A stretch of DNA of 63,901 nucleotides from Octopus sinensis (Eukaryota): assembly GCF_006345805.1 (NCBI RefSeq), contig NC_043023.1:6572100-6636000 (forward strand), in the 5' to 3' direction. Of the stretch, positions 37,943 to 51,225 are shown piece by piece (the first letter of the stretch is position 1; every line of letters starts with the position of its first letter). The notes beneath the pieces were generated by a model, which worked only from the letters and a program-made list of their open reading frames with translations, was not told the origin of the DNA and searched no databases. A program made the position numbers and the translations under genes.

Positions 37943-40900
37943 AAAACTCCACCCGTCTAACACCCATGGACGTGTTTACAAAGTCAGAAAACAGCACAGC
38001 TCCCATGACTTTCGGAAACATTTTTTCACGCTAAGAATTGCTGAAGTATGAACTAACAAACTGCCAGCATCAGTTGTTAGTTGTCGGAGCACTGCATCCT
38101 TCAAAACTTCCATGCTTCCTGAGATTGGCCAACACTACACCTGATTTTCTCCCCTCCATACACACGTAGCATGTATCTGACTCATACACTGTTCACTTTC
38201 CAGACATTTGTACATTACTGCATATACTCTATATGCACTTTCTGACAAGTTGTGGTGCACCTGAGCACTGTATATAATAATTTCATTATTATTATTATTA
38301 TTTAAAAACTCCACCCGTCTAACACCCATGGACGTGTTTACAAAGTCAGAAAACAGCACAGCTCCCATGACTTTCGGAAACATTTTTTCACGCTAAGAAT
38401 TGCTGAAGTATGAACTAACAACTGCCAGCATCAGTTGTTAGTTGTCGGAGCACTGCATCCTTCAAAACTTCCATGCTTCCTGAGATTGGCCAACACTACA
38501 CCTGATTTTCTCCCCTCCATACACACGTAAGCATGTATCTGACTCATACACTGTTCACTTTCCAGACATTTGTACATTACTGCATATACTCTATATGCAC
38601 TTTCTGACAAGTTGTGGTGCACCTGAGCACTGTATATATAATTTCATTATTATTATTATTATTTAAAAACTCCACCCGTCTAACAACCCATGGACGTGTT
38701 TACAAAGTCAGAAAACAGCAAGCTCCCATGACTTTCGGAAACATTTTTTCACGCTAAGAATTGCTGAAGTATGAACTAACAAACTGCCAGCATCAGTTGT
38801 TAGTTGTCGGAGCACTGCATCCTTCAAAACTTCCATGCTTCCTGAGATTGGCCAACACTACACCTGATTTTCTCCCCTCCATACACACGTAAGCATGTAT
38901 CTGACTCATACACTGTTCACTTCCAGACATTTGTACATTACTGCATATACTCTATATGCACTTTCTGACAAGTTGTGGTGCACCTGAGCACTGTATATAA
39001 TAATTTCATTATTATTATTATTATTTAAAAACTCCACCCGCCTAACACCCATGGACGTGTTTACAAAGTCAGAAAACAGCACAGCTCCCATGACTTTCGG
39101 AAACATTTTTTCACGCTAAGAATTGCTGAAGTATGAACTAACAAACTGCCAGCATCAGTTGTTAGTTGTCGGAGCACTGCATCCTTCAAAACTTCCATGC
39201 TTCCTGAGATTGGCCAACACTACACCTGATTTTCTCCCCTCCATACACACGTAAGCATGTATCTGACTCATACACTGTTCACTTTCCAGATCCAGACATT
39301 TGTACATTACTGCATATACTCTATATGCACTTTCTGACAAGTTGTGGTGCACCTGAGCACTGTATATAATAATTCATTATTATTATTATTATTTAAAAAC
39401 TCCACCCGTCTAACACCCATGGACGTGTTTACAAAGTCAGAAAACAGCACAGCTCCCATGACTTTCGGAAACATTTTTTCACGCTAAGAATTGCTGAAGT
39501 ATGAACTAACAAACTGCCAGCATCAGTTGTTAGTTGTCGGAGCACTGCATCCTTCAAAACTTCCATGCTTCCTGAGATTGGCCAACACTACACCTGATTT
39601 TCTCCCCTCCATACACACGTAAGCATGTATCTGACTCATACACTGTTCACTTTCCAGACATTTGTACATTACTGCATATACTCTATATGCACTTTCTGAC
39701 AAGTTGTGGTGCACCTGAGCACTGTATATAATAATTTCATATTATTATTATTATTTAAAAACTCCACCCGTCTAACACCCATGGACGTGTTTACAAAGTC
39801 AGAAAACAGCACAGCTCCCATGACTTTCGGAAACATTTTTTCACGCTAAGAATTGCTGAAGTATGAACTAACAAACTGCCAGCATCAGTTGTTAGTTGTC
39901 GGAGCACTGCATCCTTCAAAACTTCCATGCTTCCTGAGATTGGCCAACACTACACCTGATTTTCTCCCCTCCATACACACGTAAGCATGTATCTGACTCA
40001 TACACTGTTCACTTTCCAGACATTTGTACATTACTGCATATACTCTATATGCACTTTCTGACAAGTTGTGGTGCACCTGAGCACTGTATATAATAATTTC
40101 ATTATTATTATTATTATTTAAAAACTCCACCCGTCTAACACCCATGGACGTGTTTACAAAGTCAGAAAACAGCACAGCTCCCATGACTTTCGGAAACATT
40201 TTTTCACGCTAAGAATTGCTGAAGTATGAACTAACAAACTGCCAGCATCAGTTGTTAGTTGTCGGAGCACTGCATCCTTCAAAACTTCCATGCTTCCTGA
40301 GATTGGCCAACACTACACCTGATTTTCTCCCCTCCATACACACGTAAGCATGTATCTGACTCATACACTGTTCACTTTCCAGACATTTGTACATTACTGC
40401 ATATACTCTATATGCACTTTCTGACAAGTTGTGGTGCACCTGAGCACTGTATATATAATTTCATTATTATTATTATTATTTAAAAACTCCACCCGTCTAA
40501 CACCCATGGACGTGTTTACAAAGTCAGAAAACAGCACAGCTCCCATGACTTTCGGAAACATTTTTTCACGCTAAGAATTGCTGAAGTATGAACTAACAAA
40601 CTGCCAGCATCAGTTGTTAGTTGTCGGAGCACTGCATCCTTCAAAACTTCCATGCTTCCTGAGATTGGCCAACACACACCTGATTTTCTCCCCTCCATAC
40701 ACACGTAAGCATGTATCTGACTCATACACTGTTCACTTTCCAGACATTTGTACATTACTGCATATACTCTATATGCACTTTCTGACAAGTTGTGGTGCAC
40801 CTGAGCACTGTATATAATAATTTCATTATTATTATATTATTTAAAAACTCCACCTGTCTAACACCCATGGACGTGTTTACAAAGTCGGAAAACAGCACAG

Positions 40901-41198
40901 CTCCCATGACTTTCGGAAACATTTTTTCACGCTAAGAATTGCTGAAGTATGAACTAACAAACTGCCAGCATCAGTTGTTAGTTGTCGGAGCACTGCATCC
41001 TTCAAAACTTCCATGCTTCCTGAGATTGGCCAACACTACACCTGATTTTCTCCCCTCCATACACACGTAAGCATGTATCTGACTCATACACTGTTCACTT
41101 TCCAGACATTTGTACATTACTGCATATACTCTATATGCACTTTCTGACAAGTTGTGGTGCACCTGAGCACTGTATATAATAATTTCATTATTATTATT
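37584..41198 (+). repeat. Tandem array of 10 x ~362 bp derived from the CR1 3' end
   Basis: Units begin AAACTCCACC near 37584, 37944, 38306, 38668, 39029, 39397, 39759, 40122, 40484, 40845. Confidence 0.97.
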
Positions 41199-41428
41199 TT
41201 TTATGAAAACAATGGCGGAAGCGTTAAAAAGGATCACTTTGCAAGATTTACAGGACTGCTTCAAACAGTGGAAAACGCGTCTAGACCGCTGCATTGCTTC
41301 AAATGGAGAATATTTTGAAGGCGATAAAAGTGTAAACATGTAAAATTAAGTGAATAAAATAATATTGCAAAATTCTGGTTTCTTTCGGGTACTCCACATA
41401 CATAGTTAGCTAGATAGCTTGCTATGTA

Positions 41429-41903
41429 CAGTGATGCCTCGTTTTTCGCGGTAGATTGGTTCCGAGACCGGCCGTGATAACTGAATTTCCGTGAAGCAGG
41501 GACACCATATTTACAGTATTTATTTAACGTGTATTTGGACTTTTAAAACCCACCCATTTCAGTAGTTTATTAATAACAAGGACAAACTGTTAAGCAATAA
41601 CACTTTAGATTTTTAAAAAATAAAGATTGTTACTGTTACACAGGACAGATTACAAAATAGAAAGCTGTGATTCGTCATCTCTCTCCATTGCACCAATCAC
41701 ACCCCGTACTAAGTTCAAATACCCCTGTATATGCTTTTTTGCTATTTTACGCTTGTTTTGTTGTTCCCAGACTAGGAAATAATATCTATTATTATTTTAA
41801 TGGATTTAAGCAAAAATTTTAGGCGTTCATATATATATATTTTTTAAATCCGCGAAGTCGTGAATCCGCGATAGTTGAACCGTGAAGTTGCGAGGGATCA
41901 CTG
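41429..41903. mobile_element. Tigger/pogo-like MITE; related fragment at ~53686-53765
   Basis: TA|CAGTGATGCCTCG ... CGAGGGATCACTG|TA. Confidence 0.85.
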
Positions 41904-41928
41904 TACGTGTACACGGGGATACCCAAAC

Positions 41929-42429
<501 letters not shown>

Positions 42430-42689
42430 GGAAAAAGTGAGAGATGGATAAGTAGAAACGATAGTCGGATAGAGAGAGTGTATCAATATGTGTGTATATG
42501 TGTGTGTGATAGATTCTTAACATGTGTCTCTTTTCTCACATGTTCAAAGAAGTTCCACGTTGTCACACACCTACACACATGAAAACACACTCATGCATGC
42601 ACACACACACACACACATACACAGGCTTATACATTGACTCATGAATGCATATAATCTAACACCTCACTCTCTCCTTGTCTCTCAGTGTG

Positions 42690-42759
<70 letters not shown>

Positions 42760-42794
42760 TATATTTATACACATATACATACTCACACACACAC

Positions 42795-42836
<42 letters not shown>

Positions 42837-43583
42837 GGATGGATGGATGGATAGATGGATTTTCTGAATCCATATTATATACTGTTCTTTTATATGTATG
42901 TATGTGTGTGTGTGTGTGTATGTATATATATATATAATAATAAAATACAAAATGGGACAAGAACACAAAACATCCGGACAGTTAGGTAATACAAAAATGA
43001 GACAACAAAACACCCAGACAGACGATACAAAGAAACTAAGGACGGGTCATTCGAAGTTTTCTTTCCTCAGTCGAGTATCAGATTATCTTTGCAATTTCGG
43101 CTCATTATACTCGAGATTGCTCCTATATATATATATATTTAATGTAGGATAAAATTTTTTTCGAAAGAAAAATTTTTTATCAATGGCCAGCATATTAAGA
43201 AATACCTTTAGCGGTTGGACTCTCTCACTCTGTGAGAACCTCAGTTCAAATCGCACGTATCTTGAATGGGCTGGAGTATTTCTATTTTGGATGTATTTGG
43301 TGTACTTAGTTGTGCTCATGACTTAGTATTTTGCTTCTTCCATGGGTATGAGTAAGTATTTCATTTATTTCTTTGCCACATTTATCACTGACGAAGGGAG
43401 GGTTCTTACGAACTAACCCTGAAATCGGTCCAATATTGTAATAATGGAATTTTTTAGAAATTTCTGTTGGCTTATTTTCGAGTAGCGTGCATATTGTGAA
43501 AAATTATATGGTTATGGACAATATGTCCAATTTTTCGGCATATTTGGCATTAGAAATTTTTTCGTTTGCCCTTATTTATAAGT

Positions 43584-43651
<68 letters not shown>

Positions 43652-43687
43652 TGTATAGAGGGCATTATTACACATAAATGCCTCACA

Positions 43688-44159
43688 CAAATTAATTATA
43701 TTTATATTGTATAGAGGGCATTAGGGCACACTAAGAGGGACAAAGTCATTACTACCAAAATTACACTAATCATACTTAATGCAGTTCTTCAAAGCAAGAC
43801 ATTTAAAAAAATGAATTTAGTTCTGTATCACCTGTGATTTCACATTTAACTTACGTCTATGATCATCAGCAGAACTGATTCTGAACACATCATAAATAAA
43901 CCACCAACCTTACCTAGCGAAGACGAACAGACATCTATTCACTCTGGCCAAGCACATGGAATGTTTATAAATCATATATTCGGTAAATAGACGTAAGTTA
44001 AATGTGAATTCACAGGTGATACAGAACTAAATTCATTTTTTAAATGTCTTGCTTTGAAGAACTGCATTAAGTATGATTAGTGTAATTTTGGTAGTAATGA
44101 CTTTGTCCCTCTTAGTGTGCCCTAATGCCCTCTATACAATATAAATATAATTAATTTGT
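43688..44159. repeat. Fold-back element in (TA)n, ~172-bp near-perfect arms and ~127-bp spacer
   Basis: 43688-43860 is the reverse complement of 43988-44159. Confidence 0.92.
43820..43875 (-). ncRNA. Type I hammerhead ribozyme
   Basis: GTTCTG-CTGATGA-TCAT..ATGT-GAAA-TCACAGGTGA-TA-CAGAAC; stem I GTTCTG/CAGAAC. Confidence 0.7.
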
Positions 44160-44344
44160 TCAAAAGGAAAAAAATTATTTTCGAATTCTTTTCTCTTATG
44201 AGGTTTTTCACGCTAACTACCTGATAATTTCTTGTTAAGATTCCTTATTAAGAAGTTATCCTTAATTGTTAAATTTAAATATATATATATATACATACAT
44301 ACACACATACATAGAAACTGCTTTCTCATATACAAGCAAAGCCA

Positions 44345-44590
44345 TTGCTAGAAAGAATCACTGAAATGAGTCATTGACGATGCGATGTGAGGCCCTTGTA
44401 TGACTCTTGAGCCCGGCCTCAGATTTGCACATTCTATTGCATAATGCACAGCTGTGCTGGCTGGCAGAGGGAACAGGTGCCACAGAATGAATTCTTTTGA
44501 CAAGCCTTTTCAATCCTCTAATCGAAAGGTACATATTTCCACAAGTTGCAGATGTTCGGTTGTGAACAATAGCCATAACACAATTTCCCA
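44345..44590 (-). mobile_element. RTE (BovB-like) LINE extreme 3' end with a C2H2 motif
   Basis: HSCALCNRMCKSEAGLKSHTRASH then stop. Confidence 0.65.
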
Positions 44591-44767
44591 TGGGTTGATT
44601 CCTGTGAGTTCTCCGAGGGATGACCAGGCCTGCCGGATTCAGGCATTTCCTCCACAAATCACACACATAAAAAAGCAACACTCCCTCATTTCCAAACAGG
44701 CCAGTTCCTGTCAAACCGTCCAACCCATACCAGCATAGAAGATGAATGTTAAATGATGTGATGATGA

Positions 44768-44800
<33 letters not shown>

Positions 44801-44804
44801 GTCA

Positions 44805-44847
<43 letters not shown>

Positions 44848-45008
44848 AAGATTAATCAGCCGAAATTGCGAAGATGATCCGGTTCTTGACTGATGACTGA
44901 GGGCTTCGAATGTCCCGTCCTGTGGTTCTTGTGTTGTCTTCTAGGTGTTTCACGTTCTTGTCCCAGTTTGTATATATTTTTTACTTTTTACATATATATA
45001 TATATATA

Positions 45009-45091
45009 ACATTTGTTAACGCGACATCAAAGTCTGCCGTTTTAAGTGCAACTAAAAAACAAACCCGAGGAACGCCGGGCTATACTGCTAG
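45009..45091 (+). mobile_element. Helitron 3' end fragment in (TA)n
   Basis: CCCGAGGAACGCCGGGCTATACTGCTAG|T. Confidence 0.75.
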
Positions 45092-45095
45092 TATA

Positions 45096-45131
<36 letters not shown>

Positions 45132-46151
45132 TGTATGTATGTATGTATATAATTAAGAGAAAAACTTCTATTAAATAATTCAATAATGAAAGATGTTATT
45201 CACACCATATAGAAAACATATACTATAAAAAACCTTATTATAAAAATCAATAAAGTACAATAAATAGTAACGAGCGTAGTCTTTTTACTACTATTTACTA
45301 TTTATTGTACTTTATTGATTTGTAGAATTTTCTATATGGTGTGAATAACATCTTTCTTTATTGAATTATTTGATTGTGGTTTTTCTCTAAATTATATACA
45401 GACATATATTATATATTGTGAAATTTGATTTAAAATTGTTAAATTGAATTTTTCCCTGTAAGTTTTGGAATTATATTCCCTACTATCATATATATATATA
45501 TATATATATCTACATACATACATAAAAATGTGTGTGTATGTGTTTGTGTTTGTGTTTTTCCTCATCACTGCTTGACACCGGTGTTGATATATTTATGTCC
45601 CCGTAATTTAGTGGTTCGGCAAAGAAATACAATAAGCTTTAAAAAAAACCACTGGTGTCGATTTATTCTATTTACAACTTCTTTAAGGTGGTGGTGCCCC
45701 AGCATGGCTGTAGTCTAATGACTGAAATTAATAAAACAAAAAAAGATAACATTGACACACAGCAAATACCGTACAAGATCAATTTTTGAGTTAGTAAAAT
45801 TGTCTCCACCACTAGAGAACATATCATAATTACTGAATTGTAATATAGGGGGAGATAATCTCGATATGAAAAAGGGAGATTGTCTCAAGAAACAATATTT
45901 TTTTCCAATATTGAAATACCATTAAGGAAAAAAATAGGCTCTTATCTGGAAGTAAGAGGACAGTCATGGATACATGTTTCTGCCTCAATAGACGTCATTG
46001 ATATGGCAATTGTCCAGTCTTATCTCCTGCTGCCCAAAAGACTTAGACTTCTTTTTCTCCTTCTTCTCAAATTATAAAAATAAAAAAAGGATACGGTACA
46101 ATACTTCTTTTGTCTCTCTTTATTGCTTTTTCATAAACTTTTTATTTCATA

Positions 46152-46548
46152 CTAGCAGTATCGCCCGGCGTTGCTCGGGTTTGTAAGGGAAATAACTATA
46201 TAAGAATTTAAAGAGAGTTATAGCCAAAAAATAGCAAAAAAATGCATTAAAAATGGAAAAAAAATGATGATAATTTTTTTTTTAAATCGTTGACTCATCG
46301 TAGACATTTTTAGAGAGTTACTTCCCTTATATAATAGCGAAAAAATGCATCAAAATGGAAAAAATGATGGTAAATTATTTTTTAAATCGTAGACTCATCG
46401 TTGACGCGCGCTAATACCCAGAAGAGCTCGATATGAATCACGACTACAAGATACCCGGTTTTGGTTAAACTGCACCGCAAAATGTGGGAGTAGTTAGGAA
46501 TCTAAATCGTAGGAGACAGACACACAACTTCACTTTTATACATAAGGA
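46152..46548 (-). mobile_element. Non-autonomous Helitron, same family as 31161-31659
   Basis: A|TC start at 46548, hairpin and CTAG|T end at 46152. Confidence 0.92.
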
Positions 46549-46854
46549 TTTTCAGAGCGAGTGGTTGAACTAACATGCAACTCAGTTCAAAGGATGATAT
46601 GTAGTTGATATTTTTGTATTCTCTTATAAAATGTCACTTGTTCTTCAACATGATGAAATAAATTGTCTACCCCTTTCATATTACACGTTTCCTTGCTAAT
46701 TATCATACTGTGCACTTCACAAATCAAATTATCAAGTGCATTTAGTAAACTCCGTCATTCTTAAGGCTAGAAGTGTCTCATGTTAAGAACTATGTTTTTC
46801 CACGGCTGCGATCCCTCTGTTGTGTTATTTAAGCAAACAGATGTCAAATGAATT

Positions 46855-46955
46855 ACTGGCAGAATCGTTAGCACGCCAGGCAAAATGCTTAGCGGCATTT
46901 CGCCCGTCACTACGTTCTGAGCTCAAATTCTGCCAGCATGGAAAGTGGACATTAT

Positions 46956-47003
<48 letters not shown>

Positions 47004-47117
47004 ATGATGATGATGATGATGATGAGGAGGAGGAGGAGGAGGATATCCTTTATTCCTCTGGCTCACCAGATCCAGTCAAACCGTCCAACTCATGCCAGCA
47101 TGGAAAGCGGACGTTAT

Positions 47118-47162
<45 letters not shown>

Positions 47163-47326
47163 GTGATGGTGGTGGTGGTGGTGGTGGTGATGATGAGGAG
47201 GAGGAAGAGGAGGAGGAGGAGAAGGTTATCCATTATTCCTCCGGCTTACCAGATCCAATCAAACCGTCTAACCCATGCCAGCATGGAAAGCGGACGTTAA
47301 ATGATGATGATGATGATAATGATGAT
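46855..47326 (+). mobile_element. SINE B head fused to three tandem RTE-type 3' tails
   Basis: GGCAGAATCGTTAG..CAAATTCTGCC then AGCATGGAAAG(T/C)GGAC..(ATG)n three times. Confidence 0.75.
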
Positions 47327-47754
47327 ATATGACATATACTAGAAGAAAAGGCTGTCACCCAGGCAGCTTGTCGCTAAATAATTTCCAGTTTGTGCACTCA
47401 TTCTTTCATGCTGTGTCTAATTGTCCATTGTATCCTTTTATTCACCAAACAGTATTCACTCACTCAATAAATTTACGAAGAGACAAAGTCAAGAAGCGTG
47501 AAATATCCATGCCCCTCCCCCACCCCATCCATTTTTTTCTCACTAAATTCCGATATAATCATAATCTACACCATCTGAAAATTAATCTTCTAGAAAATTT
47601 CATTAACAAATATCCATTTTTCTGGAAGTTATGAGAACAAAAAATTGAGGCATGTGACTTATCCGAAATTCCTCTCTTAAACCCTTCAAAAGCAGTTTTT
47701 CACAACAAATTCCAAAATATTCCTTAATCTAAACCATCCAAAGAATATATATTC

Positions 47755-47978
47755 TTTTATTCTTTTATTCTTTTACTTGTTTCAGTCATTGACTGCGGCC
47801 ATGCTGGAGCGACGCATTGAAGGGTTTTTTAGTTGAATAAATTGACCATAGGACTTATTTTTTTTAAGCCTAGTACTTATTCTATTGGTATCTTCTATCG
47901 AACCGTTTAGTTACTGGGATGTAAACACACCAACACCGGTTGTCACGCGGTGATAGGGAGACAAGCACAGACAAAAAG
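47755..47978 (-). mobile_element. SINE family A, 3' half
   Basis: TTTTACTTGTTTCAGTCATTGACTGCGGCCATGCTGGAGC. Confidence 0.85.
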
Positions 47979-47999
47979 ACATGCTCATATATATTGCTG

Positions 48000-48566
48000 T
48001 TGGCATCCTTTTTGTAAGAATGGTCTTCCCACAGACCTAGTACCCCTAGTAAGCTCTCCGCAGAGTATGTCCATGGGGATTCTGCCATCTTCCATACGGC
48101 TAACATGCCCAAGCCATCTCATACGTCTTTGTGTGAAGAGTACAAACATGCTTGGTATTCCTGCTTGCCTGAGGACATCTTTGTTGGGGATATGATTCTG
48201 CCATTTGATACAAAGGATTTTTCGGAGGCAGCGCAAGTGAAAGATATTTAGGCGACGCTCTTGGCGTGTGTATGGCGTCCAAGTCTCACTTCCATACAGT
48301 AGAGTGCTAAGTACACATGCCTGGTAAATCTTCATTTTTGTGGTCTTGGTCAGCTTATTGTTGTCCCACGCCCGTTTGGAGAGTTGGGCCATCACAGCAG
48401 GTGCCTTGCCAATGTGTATATTGAGCTCGGTATCAAGAGATAGGTTGTAGGTGACGGTAGAGCCAAGATAGGTAAACCTCTTCACCTCCTGTAGTCTGTG
48501 GTCTCCAATATGTATGTTTGGGATGTCCGATGTAGCCTGACCCATGATGTTGGTCTTTTTGAGGCT

Positions 48567-48567
<1 letters not shown>
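48000..48567 (-). mobile_element. RTE (BovB-like) LINE ORF fragment
   Basis: SLKKTNIMGQ..FTYLGS..IGKA..IYQACVLSTLLYGSETWT..FHLRCLRKIL..RWLGHVSRMEDGRIP..GEL..R..GRP. Confidence 0.92.
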
Positions 48568-48604
<37 letters not shown>

Positions 48605-48630
48605 TATATATATATTATATATAAATATAT

Positions 48631-48683
<53 letters not shown>

Positions 48684-48685
48684 AA

Positions 48686-48748
<63 letters not shown>

Positions 48749-48830
48749 GTCCCGGGTTGATCCGGGGTTAACCACAGTAAGTAAGGTACTCAATACATAG
48801 CAGAGTAAAATTAATTTATTATATAGAAGG

Positions 48831-48881
48831 AGCTTCTACAGGACTAGTACTGTTTCATTCAAGAGAAATCTTCAGGAAGCT
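48831..48881 (-). ncRNA. Type I hammerhead ribozyme
   Basis: Reverse complement of 50572-50622. Confidence 0.8.
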
Positions 48882-49227
48882 ATTTAACAAGAATTGTATT
48901 AGCATTTATACATTTAGGCAGGTTTAAAGGAGTGGTGGTGGGGGACTTTTTTTGGGGGTAGGCATAGCGCAAAATATCATACTTGGGGGAGTGGTCAAGG
49001 AGTCAGTGGTAAGTTAGATGAAAGAATAGATAAATAAAAAAATAAAATAAAAAATAAAAAATAAAAAATAAAATAAAAAATAAAAAAATAAAAAAATAAA
49101 ATAAAAAAATAAAAAAATAAAAAATAAAAAAATAAAAAATAAAATGTGTGCACATACATACATAAACACATATACATACACACACACATACGTACACATG
49201 TGTGCCTATACATACCTACACATACAC

Positions 49228-49266
<39 letters not shown>

Positions 49267-49741
49267 TACACAGTCAAATACAGGCCCATTCCCTAATTTT
49301 AATTTTATTATCTCATTTATTACTTTTGTTATCTTTGATCGCTAGGGCTAAGGATCCTGGCGATGGCAGCATGTCCAATTGTCTGTCTACTAGAAGGCAA
49401 GTACTCGTTCCCGCACGCACACTCATTAGCACGTACATACACCCATTCGTACACTCATACACATACACGTACGCACGCGTTATATTCATACATACAACCA
49501 TCTACATACGTTCACGTATACACATACGTACTCGTACCTACAGATTCATGTCTACACTTTAGGAGGCTAGTCTATATATATACACCAATAAATATACACT
49601 ATATATACATATATACATATATATATATATATACACATATACACATACACACACACACACACATATATATACTCCTACATACAGATACATACCCATATAT
49701 ACATATACACACACATACATAATATATATATATATATACAT

Positions 49742-49782
<41 letters not shown>

Positions 49783-49991
49783 CATACACACACACACATA
49801 TATATACACACACATACATACACATATATATACATACACAAACATATATACACACATATATATATATACATATATACACACATACATACACACACCTACA
49901 TACATATCACACAAACACATACATACGTAAACATACATACATACATCCATACATCCATACTTACATGCATTTATACGCATACTACCCCCCA

Positions 49992-50033
<42 letters not shown>

Positions 50034-50571
50034 TACACACTCACACATACATATACAAATATACGCCACACATACATACATACACACGTATACGCATACA
50101 CGCACATACACATATACATGCGTACCCATACACGTGCACACACGCCCATGCATCCATATATCACACACACACACATATATACACGTGTGCAAGCATACAT
50201 ACATACTCATACACGCACACATACTTACATATACATATATGCACACACTTACACACATATATACATACACATATACATGCATACATACATATATGCATAC
50301 ATACACATACACGCACATACACATATACACATGCGTACCCATACACGTGCACGCACGCACGCGCATCCATACACATACATTTTATTTTTTATTTTTTATT
50401 TTTTATTTATTTTTTATTTATCTATTCTTTCTTCTAACTTACCACTGACTCCTTGACCACTCCCCCCCCAAGTATGATATTTTGCGCTATGCCTACCCCC
50501 AAAAAAGTCCCCCACCACCACTCCTTTAAACCTGCCTAAATGTATAAATGCTAATACAATTCTTGTTAAAT

Positions 50572-50622
50572 AGCTTCCTGAAGATTTCTCTTGAATGAAA
50601 CAGTACTAGTCCTGTAGAAGCT
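50572..50622 (+). ncRNA. Type I hammerhead ribozyme
   Basis: AGCTTC-CTGAAGA-TTTCTCTTGAAT-GAAA-CAG-TACTAGTC-CTG-TA-GAAGCT; predicted cut after 50616. Confidence 0.8.
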
Positions 50623-50633
50623 CCTTCTATATA

Positions 50634-50711
<78 letters not shown>

Positions 50712-50878
50712 ATATATATATATATATATACTTTATTTAAAGCAGCAGCAGAAAATTCCACAAAACCTGTTACACTGAGTTTCGTGTTGCCATTCGTCGG
50801 ACAATATATATATATATATATATAATAGAAATATTACAGAAATATTACAGAAAGATATAAGCAGCGATGGTACGATAG

Positions 50879-51211
50879 AGCAGTTGTATACTGTCAACAT
50901 AATGTGACAGTCCAGTAAGGGAATTACACCACCGCTATTTAGCCCTAGGAAGCATCGACGCTTCCTGTTGGCTTTGACACATTTCCTGTGTCCTTATGTT
51001 TACAAGGGGGAGATAAGAACCTCCACTCAGCTAAGCCTGCATCCAGAGACTAGTTTCTGAGTCTTGCTCATCATCAGTCTGGAGTAGCATGGCCAGCTAG
51101 TTGGAGATGCTTGTCTCGACCTTGAACATATATAATAATTCCAGTGAAATAAAGCAGCGGTGTGATTCTCTTTATGGGACTGTCACGTTAAGTTGACAGT
51201 ATACAACTGCT
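50879..51211. repeat. Fold-back element in (TA)n with ~55-bp imperfect arms
   Basis: AGCAGTTGTATACTGTCAAC.. versus ..GTTGACAGTATACAACTGCT. Confidence 0.8.
51042..51083 (-). ncRNA. Minimal type I hammerhead ribozyme
   Basis: TCCAGA-CTGATGA-TGAG-CAAGA-CTCA-GAAA-CTA-GTC-TCTGGA; palindromic stem III ACTAGT. Confidence 0.85.
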
Positions 51212-51225
51212 ATACATATATATAT

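Larger units (their letters stand above)
35000..41400 (+). mobile_element. Mariner transposase pseudogene broken into four pieces by nested insertions
   Basis: MKRVAAKFV|PRL..IITDDERWCYGYDPET..FIDAKRIV|..PGQTVNQIFYLAVL..HPSYSPDIAP..|..QDCFKQWKTRLDRCIASNGEYFEGD; right TIR-like end near 41375-41400. Confidence 0.88.
48815..50640. repeat. Inverted pair of near-identical ~260-bp ends (48815-49145 and 50379-50640) around a ~1.2 kb microsatellite-rich spacer, in (TA)n
   Basis: Direct reverse-complement match; each arm carries a hammerhead. Confidence 0.92.

Noticed and set aside
43381-43445. CTGACGA-AGGG..CCCT-GAAA hammerhead-like core
   Set aside because: Stem II forms but I could not pair stems I and III convincingly; at best a decayed copy
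46820-47332. 170-aa acidic ORF
   Set aside because: Made of a SINE head, RTE tails and trinucleotide repeats
50766-50803. Copy of the 54045 hammerhead
   Set aside because: Core mutated to CCGACGA and stems disrupted; treated as inactive
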